NCBI GenBank assembly: GCA_964610995.1
Contig: CAZSWF010000001.1
Span: forward strand, 2,813-66,812
Reading direction: 5' to 3'
From: an uncultured Candidatus Saccharibacteria bacterium
GTDB taxonomy: Bacteria > Patescibacteriota > Minisyncoccia > Phycocordibacterales > UBA9973
Length of the DNA: 64,000 bases
Shown: one piece after another, positions 32,544-43,492 of the stretch
Position numbering within the stretch: position 1 is the stretch's first letter
How the letters are laid out: every line of letters starts with the position of its first letter
Position numbers and translations under genes: made by a program
The notes under the pieces: generated by a model
Database searches by the model: none
The model's input: only the letters and a program-made list of their open reading frames with translations
Told to the model about the DNA's origin: nothing

Positions 32544-35500
32544 ATGAAAACACTCGATACAACAAATTTTGATTCTATTGTCCTCAAGCTCGCAAGCCCA
32601 GAACGCATCCGCGAATGGTCATTTGGTGAAGTCACCAAACCAGAGACGATCAACTACCGAACCTCACGTTCAGAACGCGGCGGTCTCTTTGACGAACGTA
32701 TCTTTGGTCCAGAAAAAGACTACGAATGTTACTGTGGTAAATACAAGCGTATCCGATACGCAGGTATTGTCTGTGAGAAGTGTGGCGTCGAAGTCACACA
32801 GTCTATCGTTCGTCGTGAACGTATGGGACACATCGAGCTCGCGTCTCCTGTTGCACACATTTGGTTCCTTCGTGGAGTACCATCACGTATGAGTATCTTG
32901 CTCAACGTATCACTCGCAGACCTCGAAAAGGTAGTCTACTTTGCAGGGTACATCATTACTACAGTACACGAAGACGAACGCTCACGTGTCGTCGCAGACT
33001 TGGAAGCAGAGTTCAAGAACAAACTCAAAAACGCTGCTGATGAAGAAACTCGTGAAAAACTTCGTACACTACTTGCCAACACAAAAAAAGAAATTGCAGA
33101 AATCCGTGTAGGTAAAGTACTCAACGAACTTTCATACCACCATTTCTCCCTTAAGTATGGTTCATCATTTGAAGCAAACATTGGTGCAGAAGCAGTGTTT
33201 CAACTGTTTCAGCAAATGGATCTTGAGAAGCTCAAGGCTCAGACCGAGAAATCTCTCGAAAAGACAAGTGCTGCAGAACGTGAGAAGTTGCAAAAGCGTC
33301 TTTCACTCTTGCGCTCTATGATCTACTCCAAGATTCGTCCTGAATGGATGTTTCTCTCGGTAATCCCCGTGATCCCTCCAGCGATCCGACCAATGGTTGC
33401 GCTCGAAGGTGGACGACATGCGACCTCTGACATCAACGACCTCTATCGTCGTGTGATCAACCGCAACAACCGTCTCAAGAAACTCAAAGAAATCGGCGCA
33501 CCAGATGTGATCTTGCGTAACGAAAAGCGTATCTTGCAAGAAGCAGTCGATGCACTCATCGACAACTCCATCGCAGGTCAAGATTCTCCTGCAATGTCAC
33601 AAGCACAGCGACGTGCATTGAAATCTTTGTCTGATAACTTGAAATCAAAGCAAGGGTTGTTCCGACAGAACCTTCTTGGTAAACGCGTGGACTACTCAGC
33701 TCGGTCAGTGATTGTCGTTGGACCACAGTTGCGTTTGAACCAGTGCGGGCTGCCGAAACATATGGCACTCGAACTCTTTCGACCATTTGTGATCTCCAAG
33801 ATCATCGCTCGAGAACTCGCGTACAACATCCGTGGTGCCAACAAACTCATCGAAGACGGTATTCCAGAAGTCTGGGCGATCCTCGAAGAGGTGATCCAGG
33901 GCAAGTACGTGCTACTCAACCGTGCACCGACACTGCACCGACTCGGTATTCAGGCGTTTATGCCAGTACTCATCGAAGGTAATGCGATCCAAGTGCACCC
34001 ACTCGTGTGTCCTGCGTTCAACGCTGACTTCGACGGTGACCAGATGGGTGTCTACTTGCCACTCTCTGACACATCGCAAGCAGAAGCCAAGAACCTCATT
34101 GCTGCTGACAAGAACCTGCTCAAGCCGCAAAACGGTGATCCGATCGTTTCTTCGAAACTTCTCGATATCGTGCTCGGCTGTTACTGGATGACGTCATCAG
34201 TTGATGGTCAGAAAGGGGAAGGTATGTATTTTGCAAGTCCTAATGAAGCAATTCTTGCAACTGATCACGACATCGTTTCGTACCGTGCCAAGATCAACGT
34301 ACTTGGTACTCGCAATGAAAAATACGAAGTATTTGGTGGCAAGCCATTTGAAACTACGGTCGGACGACTCCTCTTCAACGCTATCTTGCCTGCAGACTTC
34401 CCATACATGAACGAAGAAATGACCTCAAAGAAAATGGTCATCATTGTCGACAACCTCATTTCCAAGTATGGTGTTGATCCGATCGCTGCTATCCTCGACC
34501 GCATCAAGACATTTGGCTACAAGTATGCAACAAAAAGTGGTGTTACCTGGGGTATCGACAACGTGATCGTTCCTTCAGAGAAACCGGCTATCATTGCCAA
34601 GCACCGCGCAATGGAAGAAGAAGTAAAAGCGCAGTTCGAAGAAGGCTTGCTCTCAGAAGAAGAACGATACCAAAACGTGCTCACTATCTGGAACAAAGCC
34701 AAGGCTGAAATCGAAAAAGTATTACCCAACACGATCACCAAGCACTCATCAGTCTATGACATGATTACCTCTGGTGCTCGAGGTACGGTATCCAACGTAA
34801 CACAGATGGCGGGTATGAAGGGTCTGATTCAGAACACCACTGGTCGCACGATCGACTTCCCGATCATTCCATCATACAAAGAAGGTCTCTCTCCACTTGA
34901 GTACTTCATTACTACACACGGTTCTCGTAAAGGTCTCGCTGACACCGCGCTCAACACCGCTCGTGCCGGATATCTCACTCGTCGTCTCGTCGACGTCGCC
35001 CAAGATGTGATCATCACTGAGGATGACTGTGGTACCAAGGGCTCAAAGCGTGTGACCAAAGAAGTCATCTCAGGATTTGAGATTCCATTGTCCAAGAACA
35101 TTCGTGGTCGTGTACTTGCCAAAGAAATACTGCTCCCAGATGGATCTACAATGTTTAAGCGTGGACACCTCATTAGTCGTGACGAAGCACTCGAAGTAGA
35201 AGCACGTGGTGCAACCGAAGTATTTATCCGAACACCAATGATTTGTAAAACGGTGTATGGTATTTGCCGACAGTGTTATGGTCTTGACCTCGGACGAAAC
35301 GACTTGGTAGAAAAGGGTGCATCAGTTGGTATTGTCGCAGCACAAGCGATTGGTGAACCAGGAACACAGCTGACACTTCGTACCTTCCACGCCGGAGGTG
35401 TGGCAGGTGTCGACATTACTCAGGGTCTCCCTCGTGTCGAAGAAATCTTTGAACGACGCGATGTGAAAAATCCTGCAGTTGTTGCCAAGTATTCAGGTAT

Positions 35501-36167
35501 GATCAGTGAGATCAAGGAAAATGGTGCAGAAAAGATCATCTCAGTTATGTCTGAGAAATCTGAAACATCCAAAGAAAGTGTGGACTACACGATCAACCCT
35601 CGTCGTATGCCGATCGTAAAGGTAGGCCAAGAAGTACAAAAGGGTGATCTGCTTACTGACGGTTCTGCCAACATCGACGAAGTCTATCAATACGGTGGCA
35701 AAGAGGCTGCCGAAGACTACATCATTCGCGAAATCAGTAAGGTGTACGAACTCCAAGGCGCATCGATTGCACGCAAGCACCTCGAGATCATCATTCGTCA
35801 AATGTTCTCACGTCGCAAGATCAAAGAGGCAGGGGACACATCATTCTCTCCAGGCGAAATCGTAGAAATGACTGAGCTCCTCGAAGAAAATGGATCAATG
35901 AAAGTACAAGGACTTCGTGAGTCAAAAGCCGATCTCATTATCCTTGGTATCACCCAGACAGCACTCCATGCAAAAAGCTGGATCTCTGCTGCATCGTTCC
36001 AAAATACCAACCGAGTCCTCATTCAAAATGCGGTCAAGGGTGGTGTCGACAACCTCCGAGGTCTCAAAGAAAACGTCACGGTCGGACGATTGATCCCTGC
36101 TGGTACTGGATTCAAGGACCGCAAGGCACTCTCTGTCAACAAAGACGAAAACCGAGAACAAGAATAA
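32544..36167 (+). CDS. rpoC: RNA polymerase beta' subunit
   Basis: CYCGKYK...CEKCGVEV Zn finger, NADFDGDQM active site, GEPGTQLT. Confidence 0.98.
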   Translation: MKTLDTTNFDSIVLKLASPERIREWSFGEVTKPETINYRTSRSERGGLFDERIFGPEKDYECYCGKYKRIRYAGIVCEKCGVEVTQSIVRRERMGHIELASPVAHIWFLRGVPSRMSILLNVSLADLEKVVYFAGYIITTVHEDERSRVVADLEAEFKNKLKNAADEETREKLRTLLANTKKEIAEIRVGKVLNELSYHHFSLKYGSSFEANIGAEAVFQLFQQMDLEKLKAQTEKSLEKTSAAEREKLQKRLSLLRSMIYSKIRPEWMFLSVIPVIPPAIRPMVALEGGRHATSDINDLYRRVINRNNRLKKLKEIGAPDVILRNEKRILQEAVDALIDNSIAGQDSPAMSQAQRRALKSLSDNLKSKQGLFRQNLLGKRVDYSARSVIVVGPQLRLNQCGLPKHMALELFRPFVISKIIARELAYNIRGANKLIEDGIPEVWAILEEVIQGKYVLLNRAPTLHRLGIQAFMPVLIEGNAIQVHPLVCPAFNADFDGDQMGVYLPLSDTSQAEAKNLIAADKNLLKPQNGDPIVSSKLLDIVLGCYWMTSSVDGQKGEGMYFASPNEAILATDHDIVSYRAKINVLGTRNEKYEVFGGKPFETTVGRLLFNAILPADFPYMNEEMTSKKMVIIVDNLISKYGVDPIAAILDRIKTFGYKYATKSGVTWGIDNVIVPSEKPAIIAKHRAMEEEVKAQFEEGLLSEEERYQNVLTIWNKAKAEIEKVLPNTITKHSSVYDMITSGARGTVSNVTQMAGMKGLIQNTTGRTIDFPIIPSYKEGLSPLEYFITTHGSRKGLADTALNTARAGYLTRRLVDVAQDVIITEDDCGTKGSKRVTKEVISGFEIPLSKNIRGRVLAKEILLPDGSTMFKRGHLISRDEALEVEARGATEVFIRTPMICKTVYGICRQCYGLDLGRNDLVEKGASVGIVAAQAIGEPGTQLTLRTFHAGGVAGVDITQGLPRVEEIFERRDVKNPAVVAKYSGMISEIKENGAEKIISVMSEKSETSKESVDYTINPRRMPIVKVGQEVQKGDLLTDGSANIDEVYQYGGKEAAEDYIIREISKVYELQGASIARKHLEIIIRQMFSRRKIKEAGDTSFSPGEIVEMTELLEENGSMKVQGLRESKADLIILGITQTALHAKSWISAASFQNTNRVLIQNAVKGGVDNLRGLKENVTVGRLIPAGTGFKDRKALSVNKDENREQE

Positions 36168-36168
36168 T

Positions 36169-37875
36169 ATGCAGACGGTCTTTGACGAAATCAAGGATCG
36201 TTTGCCTATTACTGACGTGCTCGCAAGCTACATCGCACTCATTCCGTCAGGCACCCAGTACAAGGCAAAATGTCCATTTCATTCTGAGCGTTCAGCGTCC
36301 TTTTCGGTGTCGCCCGATCGTGGACTGTACTACTGTTTTGGGTGTGGAGCCAAGGGCGATATCTTTACCTTTGTTGAGCAATTTGAAGGACTTGATAAAA
36401 AAGGTGCGCTCAAGGTGCTCGCAGACCGCGCAGGAGTGCAGCTGACGCGCACGTTTGTTGAGCGCGCGAGTACTGATCCACTCTACGACGTTCTCGAACG
36501 CACCACGACTCGCTATCAGCACGAGCTCGCCCGCAACAGTGCCGCACGTGAGTATTTGACTGCGCGCGGCCTCACGCAGACTACGATCGATACATTTCGT
36601 ATTGGCTACGCACCAGATGAGTGGCGGTATATTGCCAACACTGCGACCGACCAAGCGCAAGCAGCAGTTGCAGAGCGCGCAGGACTTATCAAGAACACAC
36701 CCAAGGGGTACTACGATCGTTTCCGTAAACGGATCATGTTTCCACTGACAGATGCGAGTGGTCGTGTCGTTGGCTTTTCGGGCAGATTATATCCAGCCGA
36801 TACAGAAAGTGATTCTCAGAGCCCCAAGTATCTCAACTCTCCAGAAACAGAACTCTTTCAAAAGTCGCGTATTCTCTTTGGTTTTGACAAGGCCAAGTCT
36901 GCTATTCGACAGCACAACTTCGCAATCCTTGTCGAAGGACAGATGGACTGCGTACTCGGACATCAGGCAGGATTTCGCAACACAGTGGCCACTAGTGGCA
37001 CCGCAGTTTCTGATGCAGCAGCTGCTGATCCGACTGCCAACTTGGTCGTGCTATCACGACTCACCCCCAATGTCTTTCTTGCATTTGACGGAGATGTTGC
37101 TGGGCAAAAAGCGCTCGATCACGCAGCTATTGTGGCACTGGGCTTGGGCATGAACCCACGCGTCGTGCCGCTGCCTGTAGGGGTAGATCCTGCAGACTAT
37201 ATCCACGAGCATGGCGCAGCTGGATGGAAAGCACTCTTGAAAGAAAGTCAGCATTTTATTATGCACCAGTTACGATCGATCACACGACACAACGTTTCTC
37301 CGCACACACTAGTCCAAACGCTCAAGGAGCGATTGTTCCCATTCCTTATCAAGGTTTCATCTCCAGTTGAGCAGGGGAGTTATATTGAAGCCATTGCCAA
37401 AGAACTTGATATATCCAAGTCAGATATTGCTCGTGAGCTTATGCTCTTTGCTGCATCAAAACCTCAAACAGAACAGGTGGTAGTCGATACTATTGCCCGC
37501 GAAACGATCACACTTCCTGAGCGTTTCCTTGCACTCTCGATCAAATATCCGACACCTGTCGCCGTAGAAGCTCGCAAGTCACTCGAAGCAGTATCGTTTG
37601 AAGGAGAGCAATTTACGTTTCCTGTGGTTGATGCAGATCGTATGAGTGAGCTTGAGGTTCTCGTCGAGCGCGACTATGGCACATTGCCAACCGCCGAGCG
37701 CGACATGCTTGTGCAAGAACTCGCTGAAAAATTACGTACAATGTTTGAGTCGACATTGCGCCGTACCTTGAGCAAGAAACTTGAACAAGCAGAGCGTGAT
37801 GGTAACGAAGAAGAGATCCGTACACTGATGACCACACTACACACACTCAACCAACGCCGGCATGGTTCACCATAA
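36169..37875 (+). CDS. dnaG: DNA primase
   Basis: CPFHSE...CFGC Zn finger, KYLNSPET, VEGQMD, FDGD TOPRIM motifs. Confidence 0.96.
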   Translation: MQTVFDEIKDRLPITDVLASYIALIPSGTQYKAKCPFHSERSASFSVSPDRGLYYCFGCGAKGDIFTFVEQFEGLDKKGALKVLADRAGVQLTRTFVERASTDPLYDVLERTTTRYQHELARNSAAREYLTARGLTQTTIDTFRIGYAPDEWRYIANTATDQAQAAVAERAGLIKNTPKGYYDRFRKRIMFPLTDASGRVVGFSGRLYPADTESDSQSPKYLNSPETELFQKSRILFGFDKAKSAIRQHNFAILVEGQMDCVLGHQAGFRNTVATSGTAVSDAAAADPTANLVVLSRLTPNVFLAFDGDVAGQKALDHAAIVALGLGMNPRVVPLPVGVDPADYIHEHGAAGWKALLKESQHFIMHQLRSITRHNVSPHTLVQTLKERLFPFLIKVSSPVEQGSYIEAIAKELDISKSDIARELMLFAASKPQTEQVVVDTIARETITLPERFLALSIKYPTPVAVEARKSLEAVSFEGEQFTFPVVDADRMSELEVLVERDYGTLPTAERDMLVQELAEKLRTMFESTLRRTLSKKLEQAERDGNEEEIRTLMTTLHTLNQRRHGSP

Positions 37876-37928
37876 CGGATTGACTTTAGATTTATTTTTA
37901 GTAATGTACATAAGTTAGTAGTTCTCAT

Positions 37929-39248
37929 ATGCCGACCAAGAAAAAAAACGTAAAGAAACGCGTTACAAAATCTAATAGTTCAAAAAAACCGACTCCCAAG
38001 AGTCGCCCTACGGCCAAAAAGCCAGCCAAGAAATCCGCGCCACAAAAAGCAAAGAAATCAGCAGTATCAAAAGCAAAAAAAGTAGTAAAAAAAGTAGCAG
38101 CAAAGCCCAAGCACAAACCTCGCCCGATCACTATTCGACACGAAGGCCAAGGTACTCGTCGTGAAGTAAACATCGAAAAAAAGCTTCGTGAGCTCGAAGT
38201 AAAAGCACAAGAGCTCATCGACAAGGGCAAGAAGCGTGGTTTCATCACGTATGACGAGATTCTCAAGATGTTTCCTGATATTGAAAACAATATCATGTTT
38301 CTCGATGAACTCTATGAGAAGTTTGGAACTGCAGGCATCGACGTACTCGAAGGTGGAAATTTGCTCGACATTGATAACACCGAAGATCTCACCAAGTACG
38401 TCAAAGAAAGCCACAGCTTTTCTTCAGTACAAATGTACCTCAAGGATATCGGTCAGTACCCACTGATCGCTGCAGCCCAAGAGCGTGAGCTCGCCAAACG
38501 TATCGAAGCAGGAGATGACGAAGCAAAGAACTTGCTCGCACGATCAAACCTTCGCCTCGTTGTATCTATCGCAAAGAAATACGCAAATCGTACTGCAGAC
38601 CTCACATTGCTCGACTTGATCCAAGAAGGCAATATCGGACTCTTTAAGGCAGTAGAGAAGTTTGACTACACCAAAGGATTTAAGTTCTCAACCTATGCCA
38701 CATGGTGGATCCGTCAGTCGATCACCCGTGCGCTTGCTGATCAGAGTCGCACGATCCGTATTCCGGTACACATGGTAGAAACGATCAGTAAATACAAACA
38801 GGTACTTCGTCGTCTTGCACAAGACCTTGGTCGTGATCCTATGCCCGAAGAAGTCGCCAACGAAATGGGTATCGAAGTCGAAAAGGTGCACGTGATCGAG
38901 CAAATCAACCAAGAAACTCGCTCACTCGAGCAACCGATCGGAGACGATGAAGACAAGTCTACGTTTGGAGAGTTCATCCCCGACGACAAGATCTTGCGTC
39001 CTGACCAAGAAGCATCTCGCCGCATGCTTACTGATGCGATTCGTTCAGTGCTCGAAGAAATCTCTCCCAAAGAGAAACGAATTCTCGAGATGCGCTACGG
39101 ACTCATCGATGGTGTGCAGCACACACTCGAGGAAGTAGGGAAGGAGTTTGGGGTTACTCGTGAACGTATTCGACAAATCGAAGCAAAAGTCCACGAAAAG
39201 CTCCGCCAAAACGACCGTATCCAGCGACTGCGAAACTATTTTGACTAG
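37929..39248 (+). CDS. rpoD: Primary sigma factor with Lys/Ala/Pro-rich N-terminal extension
   Basis: [42 protein letters not shown]. Confidence 0.96.
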   Translation: MPTKKKNVKKRVTKSNSSKKPTPKSRPTAKKPAKKSAPQKAKKSAVSKAKKVVKKVAAKPKHKPRPITIRHEGQGTRREVNIEKKLRELEVKAQELIDKGKKRGFITYDEILKMFPDIENNIMFLDELYEKFGTAGIDVLEGGNLLDIDNTEDLTKYVKESHSFSSVQMYLKDIGQYPLIAAAQERELAKRIEAGDDEAKNLLARSNLRLVVSIAKKYANRTADLTLLDLIQEGNIGLFKAVEKFDYTKGFKFSTYATWWIRQSITRALADQSRTIRIPVHMVETISKYKQVLRRLAQDLGRDPMPEEVANEMGIEVEKVHVIEQINQETRSLEQPIGDDEDKSTFGEFIPDDKILRPDQEASRRMLTDAIRSVLEEISPKEKRILEMRYGLIDGVQHTLEEVGKEFGVTRERIRQIEAKVHEKLRQNDRIQRLRNYFD

Positions 39249-39270
39249 ATAATCTATATAGAAATCCATA

Positions 39271-39297
39271 AAAAGCCTTTAGAAATAAGGGCTTTTT
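39271..39297 (+). terminator. rpoD terminator
   Basis: AAAAGCCTTTA-GAAA-TAAGGGCTTTTT. Confidence 0.7.
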
Positions 39298-39347
39298 ATA
39301 TTTGACATAAATCAAAAATATGATAATATGAGAAAAATTAAAAAACT

Positions 39348-39782
39348 ATGGAAAAAAATATTCAGTTTGAGTATGTGCAGGCATTAGCCCTTTTGCGTAA
39401 AGCAAAATCAAAAGAAAGTGCGCCATGGAGATTGGCAATTAATACCTTTGAAGATCTAAGTGATGACTGTATCGAATTATATTCTTATTTTGAATTAGGT
39501 CATGTACCATTTTTTATGACAGCTCACTGTTATCACGCAAAAAGCTTAGTTCCCGCGGTAACTTTTTCGATGGGTCCAAACGGGTATCAAATTGAGTACG
39601 GATGTTTTCGAAATGCAGGGCACGAAAGAATGGAGGCATTTTCTTTTCTTAAACATTGTACTTTTTATAAAGATAGTACTTTTGGTCAAAGAAAAAGTGA
39701 GGATATGAATGACATTTTAATTGAATTTTTACACGCCTCGCTATTGCTTTTTAGCAAAAAGCCAAAGTTTGTTATTAAATAA
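39348..39782 (+). CDS. AT-rich orphan hypothetical protein
   Basis: Own TTGACA (39302) / TG-TAATAT promoter, A-rich leader and terminator. Confidence 0.7.
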   Translation: MEKNIQFEYVQALALLRKAKSKESAPWRLAINTFEDLSDDCIELYSYFELGHVPFFMTAHCYHAKSLVPAVTFSMGPNGYQIEYGCFRNAGHERMEAFSFLKHCTFYKDSTFGQRKSEDMNDILIEFLHASLLLFSKKPKFVIK

Positions 39783-39787
39783 ATAAC

Positions 39788-39816
39788 AAAAGCCCCGTCA
39801 TGGACGGGGCTTTTTT
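39788..39816. terminator. Bidirectional terminator
   Basis: AAAAGCCCCGTC-ATG-GACGGGGCTTTTTT. Confidence 0.85.
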
Positions 39817-39837
39817 ATTTCCAATTTTTAGGAATTA

Positions 39838-40590
39838 TTATTTCAATAACGCATCAATCTTTGCTTTCACATCAGCGATCGGATACGCACCAGGGACGGT
39901 GTCGTATTTGCCAGTGCGGAGGTTCACAATGATAGAGAACGGGGTACCTTGTGCACCGATAGACTGCGCTTCAGCTGTATCGCGTGCTACACGGTCTGAT
40001 GCATTTGTACCCTTTAGACATGCCGCAAATAGTTTCTCGTCGACACCTACTGCTTTAGCATATGAGGTGAGAGCCGCGGTACTCGCACTACCTGGGTCGA
40101 GTGTGACTGCGATGATTTTGTCGAGGTATGCGTTGAACGCATCGTTGCCACCGAGAGATGCGACACACTCTGATGCGACTGCTTCAGCAGTAGCATTGGG
40201 GTGCAAGGACGCAAGTGGGAAGTGTCGGTATACCCATGCGACCGAGCCGTTGTAGTCAGTTACGACTTGTTGCATAGTGGTATGAAATCGTGAACAAAAC
40301 GGGCAATCTGAGTCTGAGTACTCGATCACTACTACTTTTGCAGTTTCGAGTGAGCCTCGTACGCGGTCATCACTTTTCACAGACAGTATGTCTTTGGAAA
40401 TACTGGTCGCTCCTGCTGGTCCACCAGCAGGTGGCTGCTGAGGATTACCACCACGTGGTGCAAAGACGACGATGAGCGCTATTGCAATGATTGCTGCTGC
40501 GGTAATAATCGCTGCGGGCAGGCTAAGTGCTGCTTTTTTGTGTTCAGGTACTAGTTCAGGGGTTGGTTGGTTTGTTGTTTCTGTTTGCAT
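39838..40590 (-). CDS. DsbA/BdbD-family thiol-disulfide oxidoreductase
   Basis: TM anchor, EYSDSDCPFC, YRHFPL, GTP cis-Pro motif. Confidence 0.9.
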   Translation of the reverse strand: MQTETTNQPTPELVPEHKKAALSLPAAIITAAAIIAIALIVVFAPRGGNPQQPPAGGPAGATSISKDILSVKSDDRVRGSLETAKVVVIEYSDSDCPFCSRFHTTMQQVVTDYNGSVAWVYRHFPLASLHPNATAEAVASECVASLGGNDAFNAYLDKIIAVTLDPGSASTAALTSYAKAVGVDEKLFAACLKGTNASDRVARDTAEAQSIGAQGTPFSIIVNLRTGKYDTVPGAYPIADVKAKIDALLK

Positions 40591-40655
40591 GACAGTAGTA
40601 TACCCCATAGATGCGCTGATTGAAAAAAAGGGGGTAAAATGCTAGTATAGTACCC

Positions 40656-41894
40656 ATGAACATCGCTGAAGTGGCGACCTACGCCATCACTTTTTTGGCC
40701 CTCTACGTCCAGATCTTTCTCTTTGTGACCTACCTTGAGCGCAGGAAAACCCTTGCCAAAGAAACCGCACAAGCTATCGTCCTCGATCATTTCCCGAGCA
40801 TTGCGATCGTTGTACCATGCTGGAACGAAGGCACCACAGTCCATGCCACTATTGAGTCACTCCTTGCGCTTGACTATCCTAAAGATAAACTACAAGTGAT
40901 CGCGGTCGATGACGGCTCGACCGACACTACCTGGGACGAAATATTGAAATACAAAGACCACCCGCAAGTGCAAATATTGCAGAAAGAAAATGGCGGCAAG
41001 CACACTGCAGTAAACTACGGTATTGAACACACCACCACCGACTTTGTGAGCTGCCTCGACGCAGATTCATTTGTTGCTCCAGATGCACTCAAGCGCATCA
41101 TGTACATGTTCCAGACACAGCCGGACTGCATGGCAATGGCTCCATCTATCATTATTTTTAAACCCAAGACCTTTATCCAAAAGGTGCAACGAGTCGAATA
41201 CAACATGGGTATCTATGTGAAAAAGATGCTCGCATATCTCGGCGCTATCCATGTCACTCCAGGACCGTTCTCGGTGTTTCGACGAGAAGTCTTTGACAAG
41301 TTGGGCGGTTTTCGCAAGGCGCACAACACCGAAGACATGGAAATAGCGTACCGTATGCAAGAAGCGCATATGCGCATCGGGCACTGCCACACCGCGCACA
41401 TTTTCACTGTGGCGCCATCAACCATCCCCAAGCTCTTTAAACAGCGCGTGCGGTGGATTTATGGATTTATTCAAAACACGAGCGACTATCGTCGACTTAT
41501 TTTTAGGAAATCATACGGCAACTTTTCATTTTTTACTCTGCCGTCTGGTATTGTTTCGATCACCGCGACAGTCTATATCTTTTTCACTATTCTCTACAAC
41601 TCACTTGTGTGGGTGGTAGAAAAGATAGCACAGTGGCGCACTGTTGGACTTCAGGGCAACCTTGGGATCAACCTCAACTGGTTTTATATCAACACGCAAA
41701 CCATTCTATTTATTACTGTGGCACTCTATGCAATCATCGCATTTGTTACATATATCGGTAGTCGTATGGCACATCAGCGACTCAACCCTTTTTACTTGCT
41801 GTGGTATATACTGACATATAGCGTGATTGCACCGTTTTGGCTCATGAAGGCGGTGTGGAGCTCAGTCATCCGACACAAGCCGAGCTGGCGATAA
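40656..41894 (+). CDS. Processive-type glycosyltransferase family 2
   Basis: VDDGSTD, NGGKH, LDAD, TED, QRVRW motifs plus TM helices. Confidence 0.92.
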   Translation: MNIAEVATYAITFLALYVQIFLFVTYLERRKTLAKETAQAIVLDHFPSIAIVVPCWNEGTTVHATIESLLALDYPKDKLQVIAVDDGSTDTTWDEILKYKDHPQVQILQKENGGKHTAVNYGIEHTTTDFVSCLDADSFVAPDALKRIMYMFQTQPDCMAMAPSIIIFKPKTFIQKVQRVEYNMGIYVKKMLAYLGAIHVTPGPFSVFRREVFDKLGGFRKAHNTEDMEIAYRMQEAHMRIGHCHTAHIFTVAPSTIPKLFKQRVRWIYGFIQNTSDYRRLIFRKSYGNFSFFTLPSGIVSITATVYIFFTILYNSLVWVVEKIAQWRTVGLQGNLGINLNWFYINTQTILFITVALYAIIAFVTYIGSRMAHQRLNPFYLLWYILTYSVIAPFWLMKAVWSSVIRHKPSWR

Positions 41895-41898
41895 CTAT

Positions 41899-42528
41899 AT
41901 GAAAAAACACATTCCTAAATATATCCTCGTTTTTTTGGTAACATTTGCAGTGTTTGCGATTGCATGGGTTCTGAGTTCACAGATCAACGAACGCAAGTTT
42001 GCCAACCTCAAGGCAGAACAAGATCAGGTCTCTATTGGTATTTTGTCATCTGAAACAGAGTTTGACCTACTCAAAGAGGGCACGTGTGATGCCAATGCTG
42101 GGTCGGTGTTTGCGGAGAGTCTGGCATCTCTGGCAAACAAAATAGCGTATAGTGAGCAAAATGTAGCTACGCCCCAAGAAATCGCAGCTCTCAAAAAACA
42201 GTACACACTACTTGAAGTCCGCGATTTCTTGCTCGCCAAGCGTGCCGCTGAGCGATGCAAGCAGCCGTTTACGAGTATTCTGTACTTTTATGGTACATCT
42301 GAGGGTTGTCCTGAGTGTGTGAAGCAGGGGTATGTACTTGATGCGCTTCGTCAGACCGATCCCAAGATACGAATTTATGCATTTGACTACAACCTCGATC
42401 TTTCAACGATCAAAGCGTTGGTCTCTATTTATAAGATAAGCGACGCATTACCTGCACTTGTGATCAATGGTGTCACGTACCAAGGGTTCCAGTCGCTCGC
42501 GGACCTCAAGGTACTCGTTTCCAGATAA
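41899..42528 (+). CDS. Membrane-anchored protein with C-terminal thioredoxin-like CxxC domain
   Basis: N-terminal TM; LYFYG...CPEC; LPALVING. Confidence 0.65.
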   Translation: MKKHIPKYILVFLVTFAVFAIAWVLSSQINERKFANLKAEQDQVSIGILSSETEFDLLKEGTCDANAGSVFAESLASLANKIAYSEQNVATPQEIAALKKQYTLLEVRDFLLAKRAAERCKQPFTSILYFYGTSEGCPECVKQGYVLDALRQTDPKIRIYAFDYNLDLSTIKALVSIYKISDALPALVINGVTYQGFQSLADLKVLVSR

Positions 42529-42553
42529 TCGACTCGTTGCTATACTACTGTCT

Positions 42554-43057
42554 ATGAATACCAAATTGTGGGGAGGAATCATTGTGACGATAGTAACCAT
42601 AATAGCGATTACGGTAGCGCACCAGCAGCAACCTGTAGTGCCACCAGTATCTACCTCAGAGGTGGAGATTACCCCTGCTACTCCTACTACTCCCAAACTG
42701 CCTGCAGATAGCACGCCGCGAGATCCTCAGCGACTTCAAGGCAAGACGTGGGTTTGGTATAAAACAATTTTTGCTGGAGTGACTACTACTCCGCAGAAGC
42801 CAGGAGTGTTCACGCTCGTGTTTGGTGCAGATGGGCAAGTCACGGGTACGACTGACTGCAATGGATTTGGGGGAGAGTATGTAGTCGGCAGTGATGGCGT
42901 GCTCACGTTTGAGCCATTTTTCACTACCCTCATGTATTGCGAAGACTCCCAAGAAGGCGCATACAACACCGTACTCGCGCAAACTACCTCGTACGAGATC
43001 GATAGTACCGGTATGCTTGTACTCTCTGGTAGTGCAGGTGCAGTGTATTTCAAATAA
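42554..43057 (+). CDS. META (HslJ-like) domain protein
   Basis: GTTDCNGFGGEY, TTLMYCE. Confidence 0.88.
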   Translation: MNTKLWGGIIVTIVTIIAITVAHQQQPVVPPVSTSEVEITPATPTTPKLPADSTPRDPQRLQGKTWVWYKTIFAGVTTTPQKPGVFTLVFGADGQVTGTTDCNGFGGEYVVGSDGVLTFEPFFTTLMYCEDSQEGAYNTVLAQTTSYEIDSTGMLVLSGSAGAVYFK

Positions 43058-43168
43058 TATACTCATTCCATATCTCAACCGAGTATGGTATAATGCTGGG
43101 GACGGCGGGGGATACCCCCACAACGCCTCATGTTTTAGTAGTAATTCGACATTAATTTAAAATCTATT

Positions 43169-43423
43169 ATGCCAAAAGAAAATTCAGCGTTCATGAAGCC
43201 TATGAACCTCAGTGCGGAGCTCGAAGCTGTTGTTGGAAAAGGTCCAATGCCTCGCAGTGAAGTAGTCAAAGCGCTCTGGGTGTACATCAAAAAGCATGAC
43301 CTCCAAGACCCTGCCAACAAGCGCAACATCAACGCAGATGACAAGCTCAAGGTTGTCTTTGGTGGCAAAGCAACAGTGAACATGTTCGAAATGACCAAAC
43401 TCGTTAGTAAACATCTCTCATAG
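43169..43423 (+). CDS. Stand-alone SWIB/MDM2 domain protein
   Basis: LSAELEAVVG..PMPRSEVVKALWVYIKKHDLQDPANKRNINADDKL. Confidence 0.93.
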   Translation: MPKENSAFMKPMNLSAELEAVVGKGPMPRSEVVKALWVYIKKHDLQDPANKRNINADDKLKVVFGGKATVNMFEMTKLVSKHLS

Positions 43424-43492
43424 CTTTGTTTTAATAAAAAACTCTCGCAACCATGCGGGGGTTTTTTATTTTTGTGGCATACTGCAGATACT

